DNA of 64,000 bases from a virus. Taxonomy: Duplodnaviria; Caudoviricetes. The notes under the pieces are model-generated. The model had not been told where the DNA came from and did not search any database. It saw only the letters and a program-made list of their open reading frames with translations. Position 1 is the first letter of the stretch, and every line of letters begins with the position of its first letter. The stretch is taken from positions 160,001 through 224,000 of IMG/VR virus record IMGVR_UViG_3300011242_000002; one strand, 5' to 3'. Shown piece after piece: positions 9,540-17,384 of the stretch. A program made the position numbers and the translations under genes.

Positions 9540-10943
9540 TTACTCTTCGTTACCTTTGTCGGCATCATCAGCGGGAGCAGCTTTACCGCCCACTGCTTTC
9601 TTCGCAACGGTCAGGGCAGCGCCACAGACGTTGTTTACCGCAGCTGGTACGGCCAGTACCAGCTGGTTAACACCGTCCATCATGTCACCTGGCAGCTTGG
9701 CCAGCTGGTACACGATGGTTTCCACGCCTTTCTCACTCTGCTTGTTAGCCTGGTCAGACTGGATACTCGCCTTGACGTGACGATCGACCGACTTGAGGAA
9801 GTTAGTACCCCATCTGGTGTTCTTACGAATGATGATGGCCGCATCACACACCTTGATGATAGACTGGGCGATCTTCACTGCGTCCTGTGGTGTCAGGTTA
9901 GCGGAGAATTCAACCTTACCAGAAAGCTTACCGTCATCAGGACGCTTGATGGTCGCACGTGCCTTACCGATCGCTTTGATGTGGTTACACACTTCCTGCC
10001 AGGAATCACCGCCGGTAGTTTTGTATTGCAGGTCAAACACCGCATAGCCGCCGAGCATGACTTCGGTGCGCTTAACGGTGACTTCTGGTGTGTCCTTCAC
10101 GGAAACAGTTGCGCCCGGGAATGCTGGCGGCTCCAGAGCGTCAACCAGTTTCTTCGCATCAGCAACCGTGGTGACGGCTTTCATGCGACTCAGTGCAGTA
10201 ACCACTTTACCGTTACCGTACCCACCAAGGTTGTCCATGAAGTTACCGGTCAGCGAGGAGATGACTTTCTCAAAGCCTTCGAGATCGCTTACCAGGTTGG
10301 TAGACGGTTGGCCGGACTTGGTCACCAGGAATTTATTACTAAAGGTGACTTGGGTGGAACCGGATTTACCCGCCGCGGCTTTAATTACGCCTTCCGCGCT
10401 GGCACGCATACGACCAGCTTTCAGTACCACGCGCTCGGTGTACTTGCTGATGCTCTTGCTCACCTGCTGCAGAGCGCTGAAGATACGCAGACCCAAAGAG
10501 GTCTTGGTGCTGTTCAGCGCTTCAAGACCTGCGGTGAAGAAAGCTTTAACCTCTTCTTCGTTATCAAAGCCTTCCAAACCACCGCCGATGGTAGAGACGG
10601 ACTGACCGTGGGTCAGCAGCACGTCAGACAGCTGGCCTTTCAGCAGCGCGGCGGTAGCCGGCGTCAGGCCTGCTTCGATGAAATGTTCCAGTGAAGCGGC
10701 CAGGGTATCAACGCGTTCTTGTTCCTGCGACAGCGCGGTCATGCGAGCAGACTCGTCAATCACCGCAGATTCTGCTTCTAAAACGGCCGCATCTTCCAGT
10801 GCCACGTTGCGCTCAACGACTAACACGTTGGCTTCTTCAACCGGAACCGGCTCGACGTAAACCTGATCCACAGGCACCGGGATAGCATCGGTTTGATCTT
10901 CAAATGCTTCCAGACCAATGCCTAAAATGTAGTTATTTAACAT
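9540..10943 (-). CDS. phiKZ-like internal head (inner body) protein
   Basis: Acidic N-terminal propeptide with repeated S/A/G-L-E motifs (GLE, ALE, SLE, GLE, GLE) matching phiKZ-family prohead protease sites; basic mature part. Confidence 0.75.
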   Translation of the reverse strand: MLNNYILGIGLEAFEDQTDAIPVPVDQVYVEPVPVEEANVLVVERNVALEDAAVLEAESAVIDESARMTALSQEQERVDTLAASLEHFIEAGLTPATAALLKGQLSDVLLTHGQSVSTIGGGLEGFDNEEEVKAFFTAGLEALNSTKTSLGLRIFSALQQVSKSISKYTERVVLKAGRMRASAEGVIKAAAGKSGSTQVTFSNKFLVTKSGQPSTNLVSDLEGFEKVISSLTGNFMDNLGGYGNGKVVTALSRMKAVTTVADAKKLVDALEPPAFPGATVSVKDTPEVTVKRTEVMLGGYAVFDLQYKTTGGDSWQEVCNHIKAIGKARATIKRPDDGKLSGKVEFSANLTPQDAVKIAQSIIKVCDAAIIIRKNTRWGTNFLKSVDRHVKASIQSDQANKQSEKGVETIVYQLAKLPGDMMDGVNQLVLAVPAAVNNVCGAALTVAKKAVGGKAAPADDADKGNEE

Positions 10944-11120
10944 ACGAGCTCCATTATAAAAAAGTGAATGTAACGTTACGATTCATACAATAACGCCAGC
11001 ACCCGCGGGCGCTACAGCTGAGTAATACTATGTAATAAACTCCTCCTCCTCTTACCCCTGGTTGGTGAGTGGTCGGAGGGTTTATGCCGATCGGGGTATG
11101 TATTGAAATAATTAACAGAA

Positions 11121-11136
11121 CTATATTACTGACTTG
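11121..11136 (+). promoter_or_regulatory. phiKZ-type early promoter
   Basis: CTATATTAC-TGACT-TG. Confidence 0.7.
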
Positions 11137-11172
11137 ATATAACCCGTGAAAATTTAACAGGAGTGCGTTAAC

Positions 11173-11916
11173 ATGTATCAGCAGCTGACCCCGAATTTAT
11201 ACCTCGTCCATAATGCTGACGAGTTTGAAGCTTTACAGGACCGACTTCTCAAAACCGAATTGAACCTGCCTGAACGCCCGGCCAATTACGTTCCTGATGA
11301 ACTGGAGCTGCTGTATCCGCACTGGATAAAGTTGATTGCTGACTACCCACTTCTGGTAACACTCGAAGGCAGTATCTCGACCATGAGAATGGTGCCGGTG
11401 GGAAAGGTCATTGGCAGGATGGGTACTATCAATCAGTTAGACATGCGGCCGGCGTTTAATAAGTTAAAAGAGGCTTGCGTAAACTGTGCACCGTTGAAGC
11501 AACCCCGCATCCTGCTGACCGGCATTACCATCAAAGCGCGCACGGCAGCGGTGAGACGCGGTAATGAGGTTCGTACAACACATAACTCAGACCTCACGGA
11601 GGCGATGGCTAAGCTGGGTATGAACCTTACTCAACTGAAGACCCTGCGTATTCAGTTTGGTGACGGTCGCTTCCACGGCAGTATTGAAATGAAGGAAGAG
11701 ATGATGTTTGTCTCCCAGGTGCGGGATATCACCAACCACATCGCACACGTTACCATGGATGAGAAAACCGGCAAATTTACTGCGGACTACATCTTTAACC
11801 ATTATGACTTTATGAATGCCATGCCGGAGCTGCGCGAGTACCGAGATTTAGCAAAGTGGGAGATTTCCGTCACCACCGCGGTAGAATCGTCACTGGACAG
11901 CAGCAAGAAAAACTAA
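11173..11916 (+). CDS. hypothetical early protein
   Basis: AGGAG RBS, behind early promoter. Confidence 0.75.
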   Translation: MYQQLTPNLYLVHNADEFEALQDRLLKTELNLPERPANYVPDELELLYPHWIKLIADYPLLVTLEGSISTMRMVPVGKVIGRMGTINQLDMRPAFNKLKEACVNCAPLKQPRILLTGITIKARTAAVRRGNEVRTTHNSDLTEAMAKLGMNLTQLKTLRIQFGDGRFHGSIEMKEEMMFVSQVRDITNHIAHVTMDEKTGKFTADYIFNHYDFMNAMPELREYRDLAKWEISVTTAVESSLDSSKKN

Positions 11917-11937
11917 GGACGATTTGGGATTATCATT

Positions 11938-12372
11938 ATGAACGAAAACGATAACATTACAATTGAAGCGCTAAGCTTAGTGACCTTTGACCAGCTGCGG
12001 GCTGAACTCGACGCCAAAGACTGGATGCACGTTAAGATCAATGACCTGTCACTGCGGGGTGAAGACACCCGCTACAGTGACAGCGACACGTTGGTGCTTA
12101 GAACTGCCTACACCGATCACAACAACGCCAACCGCAGCTTTACCTACAAGCCGGGGATTACGTTGGGGTTGGTACGCGGTGCCAACGGCCTGTATGATCT
12201 GAGCGGCATTTACGTTGAACTGCTGTGGTCGCCTAAGCTTAGCTGGTTCCTGGTGCAGATCCATAGCGCCAGTCTTGGCACCCTCGTGTACCGAGGCTTT
12301 ACCGAACCCCATCGCGCCAAGCGGCCGAACGGGATGTCCATTCGTATTAGTCGCATAGGAGTGACCGTATGA
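11938..12372 (+). CDS. hypothetical protein
   Basis: 144 aa, operonic. Confidence 0.7.
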   Translation: MNENDNITIEALSLVTFDQLRAELDAKDWMHVKINDLSLRGEDTRYSDSDTLVLRTAYTDHNNANRSFTYKPGITLGLVRGANGLYDLSGIYVELLWSPKLSWFLVQIHSASLGTLVYRGFTEPHRAKRPNGMSIRISRIGVTV

Positions 12373-12629
12373 CTGTCTTACAACTTCAGCTCAGCGGCAA
12401 GCATGGTTTCGTGCTGACCAAGCCTGAGCGTGCTAACCCCGCAGACATCAAGCTGATGGAAGGTGACCTTCGCCTGCAGGATAACAAGTTGATGCTGGGA
12501 GAGTCTGAACTCGCCACCGTCACCAACCGTAACCTGAAGCTCAACACCTCGATCCTGATGACCGCGGTCGGGGATCTGCGCCGCATTGTGCAGCAGCTGC
12601 GCTACTTTAGCCAAACGCTGCGTGCCTAA
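12369..12629 (+). CDS. hypothetical protein
   Basis: AGGAG RBS, ATGA overlap. Confidence 0.7.
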   Translation: MTVLQLQLSGKHGFVLTKPERANPADIKLMEGDLRLQDNKLMLGESELATVTNRNLKLNTSILMTAVGDLRRIVQQLRYFSQTLRA

Positions 12630-12682
12630 ACGTATTCCACCTGCAGTGTCATAATAACGATAATACTTAGAACGGCCTCGTT

Positions 12683-12729
12683 AGGGTGAGGGGTTTGATA
12701 CCCCCCACACCCTTTTTTTTTTTATGCCG
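12683..12729 (+). terminator. terminator plus TTATGCCG flank
   Basis: AGGGTGAGGGG..CCCCCCACACCCT, T run, ATGCCG. Confidence 0.7.
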
Positions 12730-12746
12730 CCCGCCCGGCGCCCGGT

Positions 12747-12772
12747 CAAACAAGGTCGTTCTTCGAACGACA
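12747..12772. repeat. 26-bp hairpin element, copy 2
   Basis: Identical to 2589-2614. Confidence 0.9.
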
Positions 12773-13004
12773 CCAGGTGTTCTGAATCCTTTGGTTTTTT
12801 CTTTTTTATTTTTATCTGTGGATTCACTGTTGTGGACCTTAGTCCAGTAACAACAGTAATCCTCTCCTACCCTTCTTTTCTTCGGTTAAATCACCCCGTA
12901 TGTATGAAAATACATACGTATATATGTTATGTGTTATTATATTAAATTTACTGTTTTTTAGCTAAATTCAAGCGAATTTTCACTTCGCTGTAATATATAT
13001 AACT

Positions 13005-13135
13005 GGGGGGATAGGGGGGTAGGATGAGGGGGGTAGGATGATTGATGATGGTGGCAGGAGAGAGGGGGTGCAGGGGGAGAGAACCTGGAGGAAGAAGAAA
13101 GAAGGAAGGGGGGAGAAGGAAGGGGGGAAAGGGGG
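13005..13135 (+). repeat. polypurine / G-tract low-complexity region
   Basis: Many G4-G7 runs separated mostly by A/GA; few pyrimidines. Confidence 0.85.
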
Positions 13136-13286
13136 TACCGTCCAAAATCGCCCGAAATTCCGTTAAATAAAACACCTTTCACCATCCCTATAACACCCGC
13201 ACTGCCGACCACCTAAGTTCTTTTTTTTTTGAAACCGTCTTACGAGACACGTGCTTACGAGCGCATACTACAACCAGGAGTTTACC

Positions 13287-14153
13287 ATGAAGAGTTTAAT
13301 TGCCAAGATCATGTCCAACGAAAACCTGCCGGACAGCGACAGCCGGAAAAGCTACAAGCTGATCCCGGTACCGGATAACCACGAGATCGAGTTTCGCCGC
13401 CTTAACCTGAGCATCCCCGAGATGATCTTCCACGCCCTGTTCGGTGACAGCGATCCCATCACCGTCCCTTTGCAGGACAGCGGTAACGTGTACATCCTGG
13501 AGAACGGTAAAACCATCTCCACCTTTGGCAGCGCACCCCCGCCGCATACCGAGCAAGCTATCGCTGAGCAGCCAAAGGACACACCGTTTAATCAGTCGTA
13601 TTTCGATCAGCTGATGCAGCTCTTTGATCGGGTGACCGATCAGGCGCAGCCGGAAGAATATCCGTGGTTCCAGGTAGTGGCCGCCGCCTTGGCAGGTGCC
13701 CCTGCGAGCCTACCCCCAGAGGGGTTATGCGTGCCGTTTGCGATGGCCGATGGCAGGTTGACCGATCGGGCGCGTGCTTTCGTTAAAACGCTGAACAGCG
13801 CGCTGTTGAACAGCAAACCGATGCTGGCGTTGGAAGGGGCGAAACTGATCAAGGCGAACTACGTGTACCTGGTGCAGATTATCCCTGCCCCGTACGTGGA
13901 GAAGTCAGCGTATGAAACCCAGACCGCCAAAGAAGAGTTGCTGAACCGCGACATTTCCCACAGCGTGGTCAACGCCGTGCAGCGGGCGCTGAAGATGTAT
14001 AACCACGGCGCCACGTTTGCGGTACTGACGCCTGCGCTGCGCATTAGTCCTAAAGAGCGAGTCGCAATCACCGCTATCTTTAAGAAATGGCATGACGTAG
14101 ATGTCAAGTTCCGGTTTGTGGATGATCTCTGCACCCTGTTCTATTTTGACTAA
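13287..14153 (+). CDS. hypothetical protein
   Basis: AGGAG RBS before ATG 13287. Confidence 0.75.
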   Translation: MKSLIAKIMSNENLPDSDSRKSYKLIPVPDNHEIEFRRLNLSIPEMIFHALFGDSDPITVPLQDSGNVYILENGKTISTFGSAPPPHTEQAIAEQPKDTPFNQSYFDQLMQLFDRVTDQAQPEEYPWFQVVAAALAGAPASLPPEGLCVPFAMADGRLTDRARAFVKTLNSALLNSKPMLALEGAKLIKANYVYLVQIIPAPYVEKSAYETQTAKEELLNRDISHSVVNAVQRALKMYNHGATFAVLTPALRISPKERVAITAIFKKWHDVDVKFRFVDDLCTLFYFD

Positions 14154-14294
14154 CCATCAGGGGTCCGTTGAGACCCCTAATTATTTCCGTTATGAAAATA
14201 AGTAATAAAATACATAGCAACCCCTTAGTATGTTAGGTAGTCGATGTCGAGGTTCATTAGAATCATCCGGTCGGCTACCCTTCATGGAGGATTC

Positions 14295-14408
14295 ATGCAT
14301 CTATCTAAACAGGCTTTAGCGCGCCAGCGGTTAGCACAGCTGAATATGTGGTTAATGATCTGTGGTTTTGAACCGCTGTGGACCAACCAGACCCTCAAAG
14401 AAAAATAA
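14295..14408 (+). CDS. 37-aa hypothetical peptide (not in ORF track)
   Basis: GGAGG RBS; MHLSKQALARQRLAQLNMWLMICGFEPLWTNQTLKEK. Confidence 0.4.
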   Translation: MHLSKQALARQRLAQLNMWLMICGFEPLWTNQTLKEK

Positions 14409-14440
14409 AACCAGTTTCCCTTTTAAACAAGGATGACACC

Positions 14441-14602
14441 ATGGGTTTCTTTACGCGGTTTTTCTGTACCCACAAATACAAGCTTGTTCGCACCATCCAC
14501 GGTGATGAAATCATCTACCGTAACTATAAACGTAGCGAATGGAAGTGTCGACACTGCGGTAAAATTATATTCAGCAAATACCTGGAATACATCGGTAAAT
14601 GA
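14441..14602 (+). CDS. small Zn-ribbon-like protein (DUF1660-like)
   Basis: FCTHKY...CRHCGK pattern; AAGGA RBS. Confidence 0.6.
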   Translation: MGFFTRFFCTHKYKLVRTIHGDEIIYRNYKRSEWKCRHCGKIIFSKYLEYIGK

Positions 14603-14610
14603 GGTGAGTC

Positions 14611-14796
14611 ATGCCAGCCATTCACGTGTCACAGACCATCGCCGATAAGCTGGATGCTAAAATGGTTCAGTTGATCACGGAAGGACAACGCAAGATAAAG
14701 CGCGCAACGATAAATGAACTGGCGATTCAATACGGCATCGATAAGGTCACCCTTGAGCGCGTCATTGCCTACGAATCAAAGCAGGAGTTCGTATGA
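14611..14796 (+). CDS. small hypothetical protein, possibly ribbon-helix-helix-like
   Basis: GAGG RBS; N-terminal strand AIHVS followed by two helices. Confidence 0.55.
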   Translation: MPAIHVSQTIADKLDAKMVQLITEGQRKIKRATINELAIQYGIDKVTLERVIAYESKQEFV

Positions 14797-15134
14797 AAAC
14801 AATCCCCGATCTGGATTTAGAATTCGCCGCATTAGTTGGTGACTTGTCTGAAGAAATAAATGACTGTTGTTATAATGACGACAGTATTTTGTGTGCAGCA
14901 TTGCACGGGATGTTAAACGAGCAATTGGCGGCGCGTGATAAACGTCACCGTGATTACATTGCGCGACTGTATCCTGATTATCCTGATTTAGACGCTCGTG
15001 TCATTGAATTGATAAAATTGACTGGTGGATGGCCGATGAATTTTGGCGAGCCAGTTACGCCGTTAAAAGAGTTACCTGAAAAGTATTACCTGGAATATTT
15101 CAGGAGCTCGGGTCGAGAAGACTTGCTGCAGTAA
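14793..15134 (+). CDS. hypothetical protein
   Basis: AGGAG RBS, ATGA overlap. Confidence 0.7.
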   Translation: MKTIPDLDLEFAALVGDLSEEINDCCYNDDSILCAALHGMLNEQLAARDKRHRDYIARLYPDYPDLDARVIELIKLTGGWPMNFGEPVTPLKELPEKYYLEYFRSSGREDLLQ

Positions 15135-15141
15135 GTTAGTA

Positions 15142-15325
15142 TAATTCTGAGATGAATGCTCAACGTTGAGCACCCTTAATAGCAGGATGGCGGCGTGTGT
15201 ATTCGCAAAGTCGTTACACCCCACGGTCACCGCATGGACCGTGGTAATGAGAGACTTGGGACGCAGCTGAAAGTATGCTGGTAAATAGCCGTAACCACGA
15301 CCAACCGCGTGGCATCTCAGAATTA
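15142..15325 (+). ncRNA. putative structured ncRNA closed by a 13-bp stem
   Basis: TAATTCTGAGATG/CATCTCAGAATTA; inner stems TGCTCAACGTTGAGCA, AAGTC/GACTT, CCACGGTC/GACCGTGG; intergenic. Confidence 0.6.
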
Positions 15326-15343
15326 GACAGGGGAATGTAGTAA

Positions 15344-15565
15344 GTGCATACAACAAAAATAAAGTACCATCAAAGAAACGGCAGTGGCTGCTATTCACTG
15401 AATGGCAAACCGTTATCTATTGAGGACGAACAACATTATCAGGTAGAGATGCGCCGCGCCAGGGAACTCTACCACATCCACAAGAAGTTCATCGATGGAC
15501 TCCCACAGTGGATCAAATCACTGGGTAAACGCTTTAACATCAAAGCGCTTACGCAGTACCTTTAA
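15344..15565 (+). CDS. hypothetical protein
   Basis: 73 aa GTG-start ORF ending before next RBS. Confidence 0.5.
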   Translation: MHTTKIKYHQRNGSGCYSLNGKPLSIEDEQHYQVEMRRARELYHIHKKFIDGLPQWIKSLGKRFNIKALTQYL

Positions 15566-15583
15566 CCAAAAGGAGACGATTCT

Positions 15584-16165
15584 ATGGCAACCATCAATTA
15601 CGATGCGATTGCGCAAGAACTCAAACGTGGTCTAATCGACAACGAAAATACAGCAGCGCACCTGTGTATGGATAAGCCCATGCTGCTAAAAGAGCTGTAT
15701 ACCTTAGCATTCGGTGGTCCACGCCAAACGGGGAAAACCAAATGGATGATCGAGCATTTAATTCGTGATCCTGATTCTCGTTTGATCGCACTCAACCTAA
15801 CCATGCGTGAAGCTATCATTCAACAGCTTTCAGCGTATGCAAGGCTTGACGAAAATCGCGAAGGTGATGAACCACGACCAGATGCTATTTGGCACGCAGG
15901 CGGGATCGGCTGGGTGCAGGTGCATAAAGAAACCGCGGAATTAATTCGTAAAGATCCTAGGGTTGTCGAGCAGGCGATGCTTCGAATTATCACGGTGCCG
16001 ATGTTGCGGACCATGATTAATCAAGACACCGTCTTGCCAATCAACATCAGCCAGATCTTTATCGACCAGCGCGTTCAGGCGTTCCAGCTGATCCGCGCTA
16101 GTAAATACTATACGTGGTTGGCCAAAGTTTCTGATAAACCTATTCTGACCTGGCTGATCGACTAA
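15584..16165 (+). CDS. P-loop-containing protein
   Basis: GPRQTGKT Walker A; QIFID as a degenerate Walker B. Confidence 0.65.
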   Translation: MATINYDAIAQELKRGLIDNENTAAHLCMDKPMLLKELYTLAFGGPRQTGKTKWMIEHLIRDPDSRLIALNLTMREAIIQQLSAYARLDENREGDEPRPDAIWHAGGIGWVQVHKETAELIRKDPRVVEQAMLRIITVPMLRTMINQDTVLPINISQIFIDQRVQAFQLIRASKYYTWLAKVSDKPILTWLID

Positions 16166-16189
16166 ACTAATTTGCAGGGTACGAATCAA

Positions 16190-16515
16190 TGAGTCTGGCT
16201 GATAACCAGCTCACAGCGATAATAGCTTAGACCTACGGCGCGCCCCTAAGTCCGTAATAGCCGAATGCACAAAGCACTACTGCTCATCCGGTAGGCATTC
16301 GATCGCTGAACCATTATTCGATATGACACGGCCCACACAGCCAACCGTCAAAACCAAATTGACCCTGCGGCCGCCGCCTAATATACACGTAGCCGATGCG
16401 CGAAGACGTGATGGCGTTTGAGCGGCAGGGATCATAGGCCCAGGTACGTCCTGGACCGACCTTATTAAGTTAATCGGTTCGAGTGTTGCCATCCTAGCTG
16501 ACAAGGGTTCAGCAT
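16190..16515 (+). ncRNA. putative structured ncRNA with H-type pseudoknot
   Basis: CAGCGAT/ATCGCTG, CTTAG/CTAAG crossed by TACGG/CCGTA, CGAATGC/GCATTCG, CCCTGC/GCAGGG; no credible ORF. Confidence 0.55.
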
Positions 16516-16528
16516 AACGGAGGCGAAC

Positions 16529-16828
16529 ATGAACTTATATCTGGTAGAGCGGACCGACACCGTCTGGTATGATGAGTATGTGGGTATGATCGTTGCGGCA
16601 GCGTCTGAAGATGCAGCGCGCATGATTCACCCGTCAGCATACAAACCGCTGGATAAAGCCGATGCGTTGCATTGCATAAAAGAGTCGGCGTGGTGTTTTG
16701 AGAATGATCGCAATCGTCGTAGTACGTATTGGGTGTTTTTGGAACATACATCGACTCTGCGCGTTACCCTAGTGGGAACAACGCACCTGGCTCCCTGCAT
16801 CCTGCTCTTGGATTTTAATGCCGGTTAA
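16529..16828 (+). CDS. phage hypothetical protein
   Basis: GGAGG RBS; MNLYLVERTD..YDEY.G.IVAA.SE..AR..HP pattern common in phages. Confidence 0.75.
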   Translation: MNLYLVERTDTVWYDEYVGMIVAAASEDAARMIHPSAYKPLDKADALHCIKESAWCFENDRNRRSTYWVFLEHTSTLRVTLVGTTHLAPCILLLDFNAG

Positions 16829-16864
16829 CTTAACGCCCGGGTAAGCCCGGGCACCTCTTCATAT

Positions 16865-16954
16865 TTGAAGCCCTGGGTCACTGCGAACTTCAACGTAGTC
16901 ACAAACATTCGCGATAATGGACTGTACGAGCTGCAGCCGTATCCAGGGCTTCAA
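16865..16954 (+). ncRNA. structured element closed by a 12-bp stem
   Basis: TTGAAGCCCTGG/CCAGGGCTTCAA. Confidence 0.5.
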
Positions 16955-16962
16955 TCCCAATC

Positions 16963-17062
16963 GTCCGGATAGTTTAATGAGAACAACGTCCTGGAAAGTG
17001 GTATAACTTACATGCCGCGTAATGGACGAAGGTGGATGAGGTTTGAGTCCTCCCTCCGGACA
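16963..17062 (+). ncRNA. tRNA-like cloverleaf with extended anticodon arm (non-canonical or pseudo-tRNA)
   Basis: Acceptor GTCCGGA/TCCGGAC, T8A9, D-arm GTTT-AATGA-GAAC, CGTCC/GGACG arm with 32-nt insert, T-arm GAGG-TTTGAGT-CCTC; no encoded CCA. Confidence 0.6.
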
Positions 17063-17082
17063 ACCTTTTGCTCTACGTCGTA

Positions 17083-17172
17083 CTGCCTGATGAGTTGCCG
17101 ACGTTAACTGCAACGAAACCTCGAGCAGTCTGGTCCCGCAAGGGAGTTCCAACCGGGCTGCTCTTGTCGCAG
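17083..17172 (+). ncRNA. type I hammerhead ribozyme
   Basis: Stem I CTGC/GCAG, core CTGATGA (17087-93), stem II GTTGC/GCAAC, GAAAC (17115-19), 12-bp stem III extension, GTC triplet 17166-68. Confidence 0.85.
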
Positions 17173-17347
17173 GGTTATCTCATTGACCAGGGTGTCTCGA
17201 GCTAACGCAGCCTACTGACTATTTGAAATTACTACCGGGTTCTTTGGAATAGTCAGCGGGATGCGGTAATTTGACCGGTTACCTGTATCAGCATCGCAGG
17301 GGTGCGATGTACGGTTCATGTTCTTGTGTTGAGTAGATGTAGCGGCT

Positions 17348-17384
17348 AAAACCCCGGGGCTAAACACCTCGGGGTTTTATGCCG
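17348..17384 (+). terminator. terminator ending the ncRNA cluster
   Basis: AAAACCCCGGGG-CTAAACA-CCTCGGGGTTTT-ATGCCG. Confidence 0.8.

Noticed and set aside
9489-10694. 401-aa plus-strand ORF
   Set aside because: Antisense shadow of the internal head protein; starts inside a terminator
12990-12997. TATATTAC on the minus strand as an early promoter
   Set aside because: Lacks the leading C and the N5-TG seen at all nine other sites; lies in AT-rich DNA
12948-13212. Pro/Leu/Ser-rich minus-strand ORFs
   Set aside because: Artefact of the polypyrimidine strand; no RBS
15584-16165. Terminase large subunit call
   Set aside because: Too short, no nuclease domain, degenerate Walker B
16475-16490. 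GGTTCGAGT as a tRNA T-loop
   Set aside because: No T-stem, D-arm or acceptor stem around it
17077-17119. Type III hammerhead using the GTC at 17077-79
   Set aside because: No workable stem I or stem III; the type I fold with GTC 17166-68 pairs fully
17200-17345. Twister ribozyme (TAACGCAGCC...CCGGTTAC) or group I intron core (GACTA/ATAGTC)
   Set aside because: Twister L4 AAGC and a properly placed GAG(U/G) are missing; GACTA/TAGTC is a simple hairpin and no interrupted host gene flanks it
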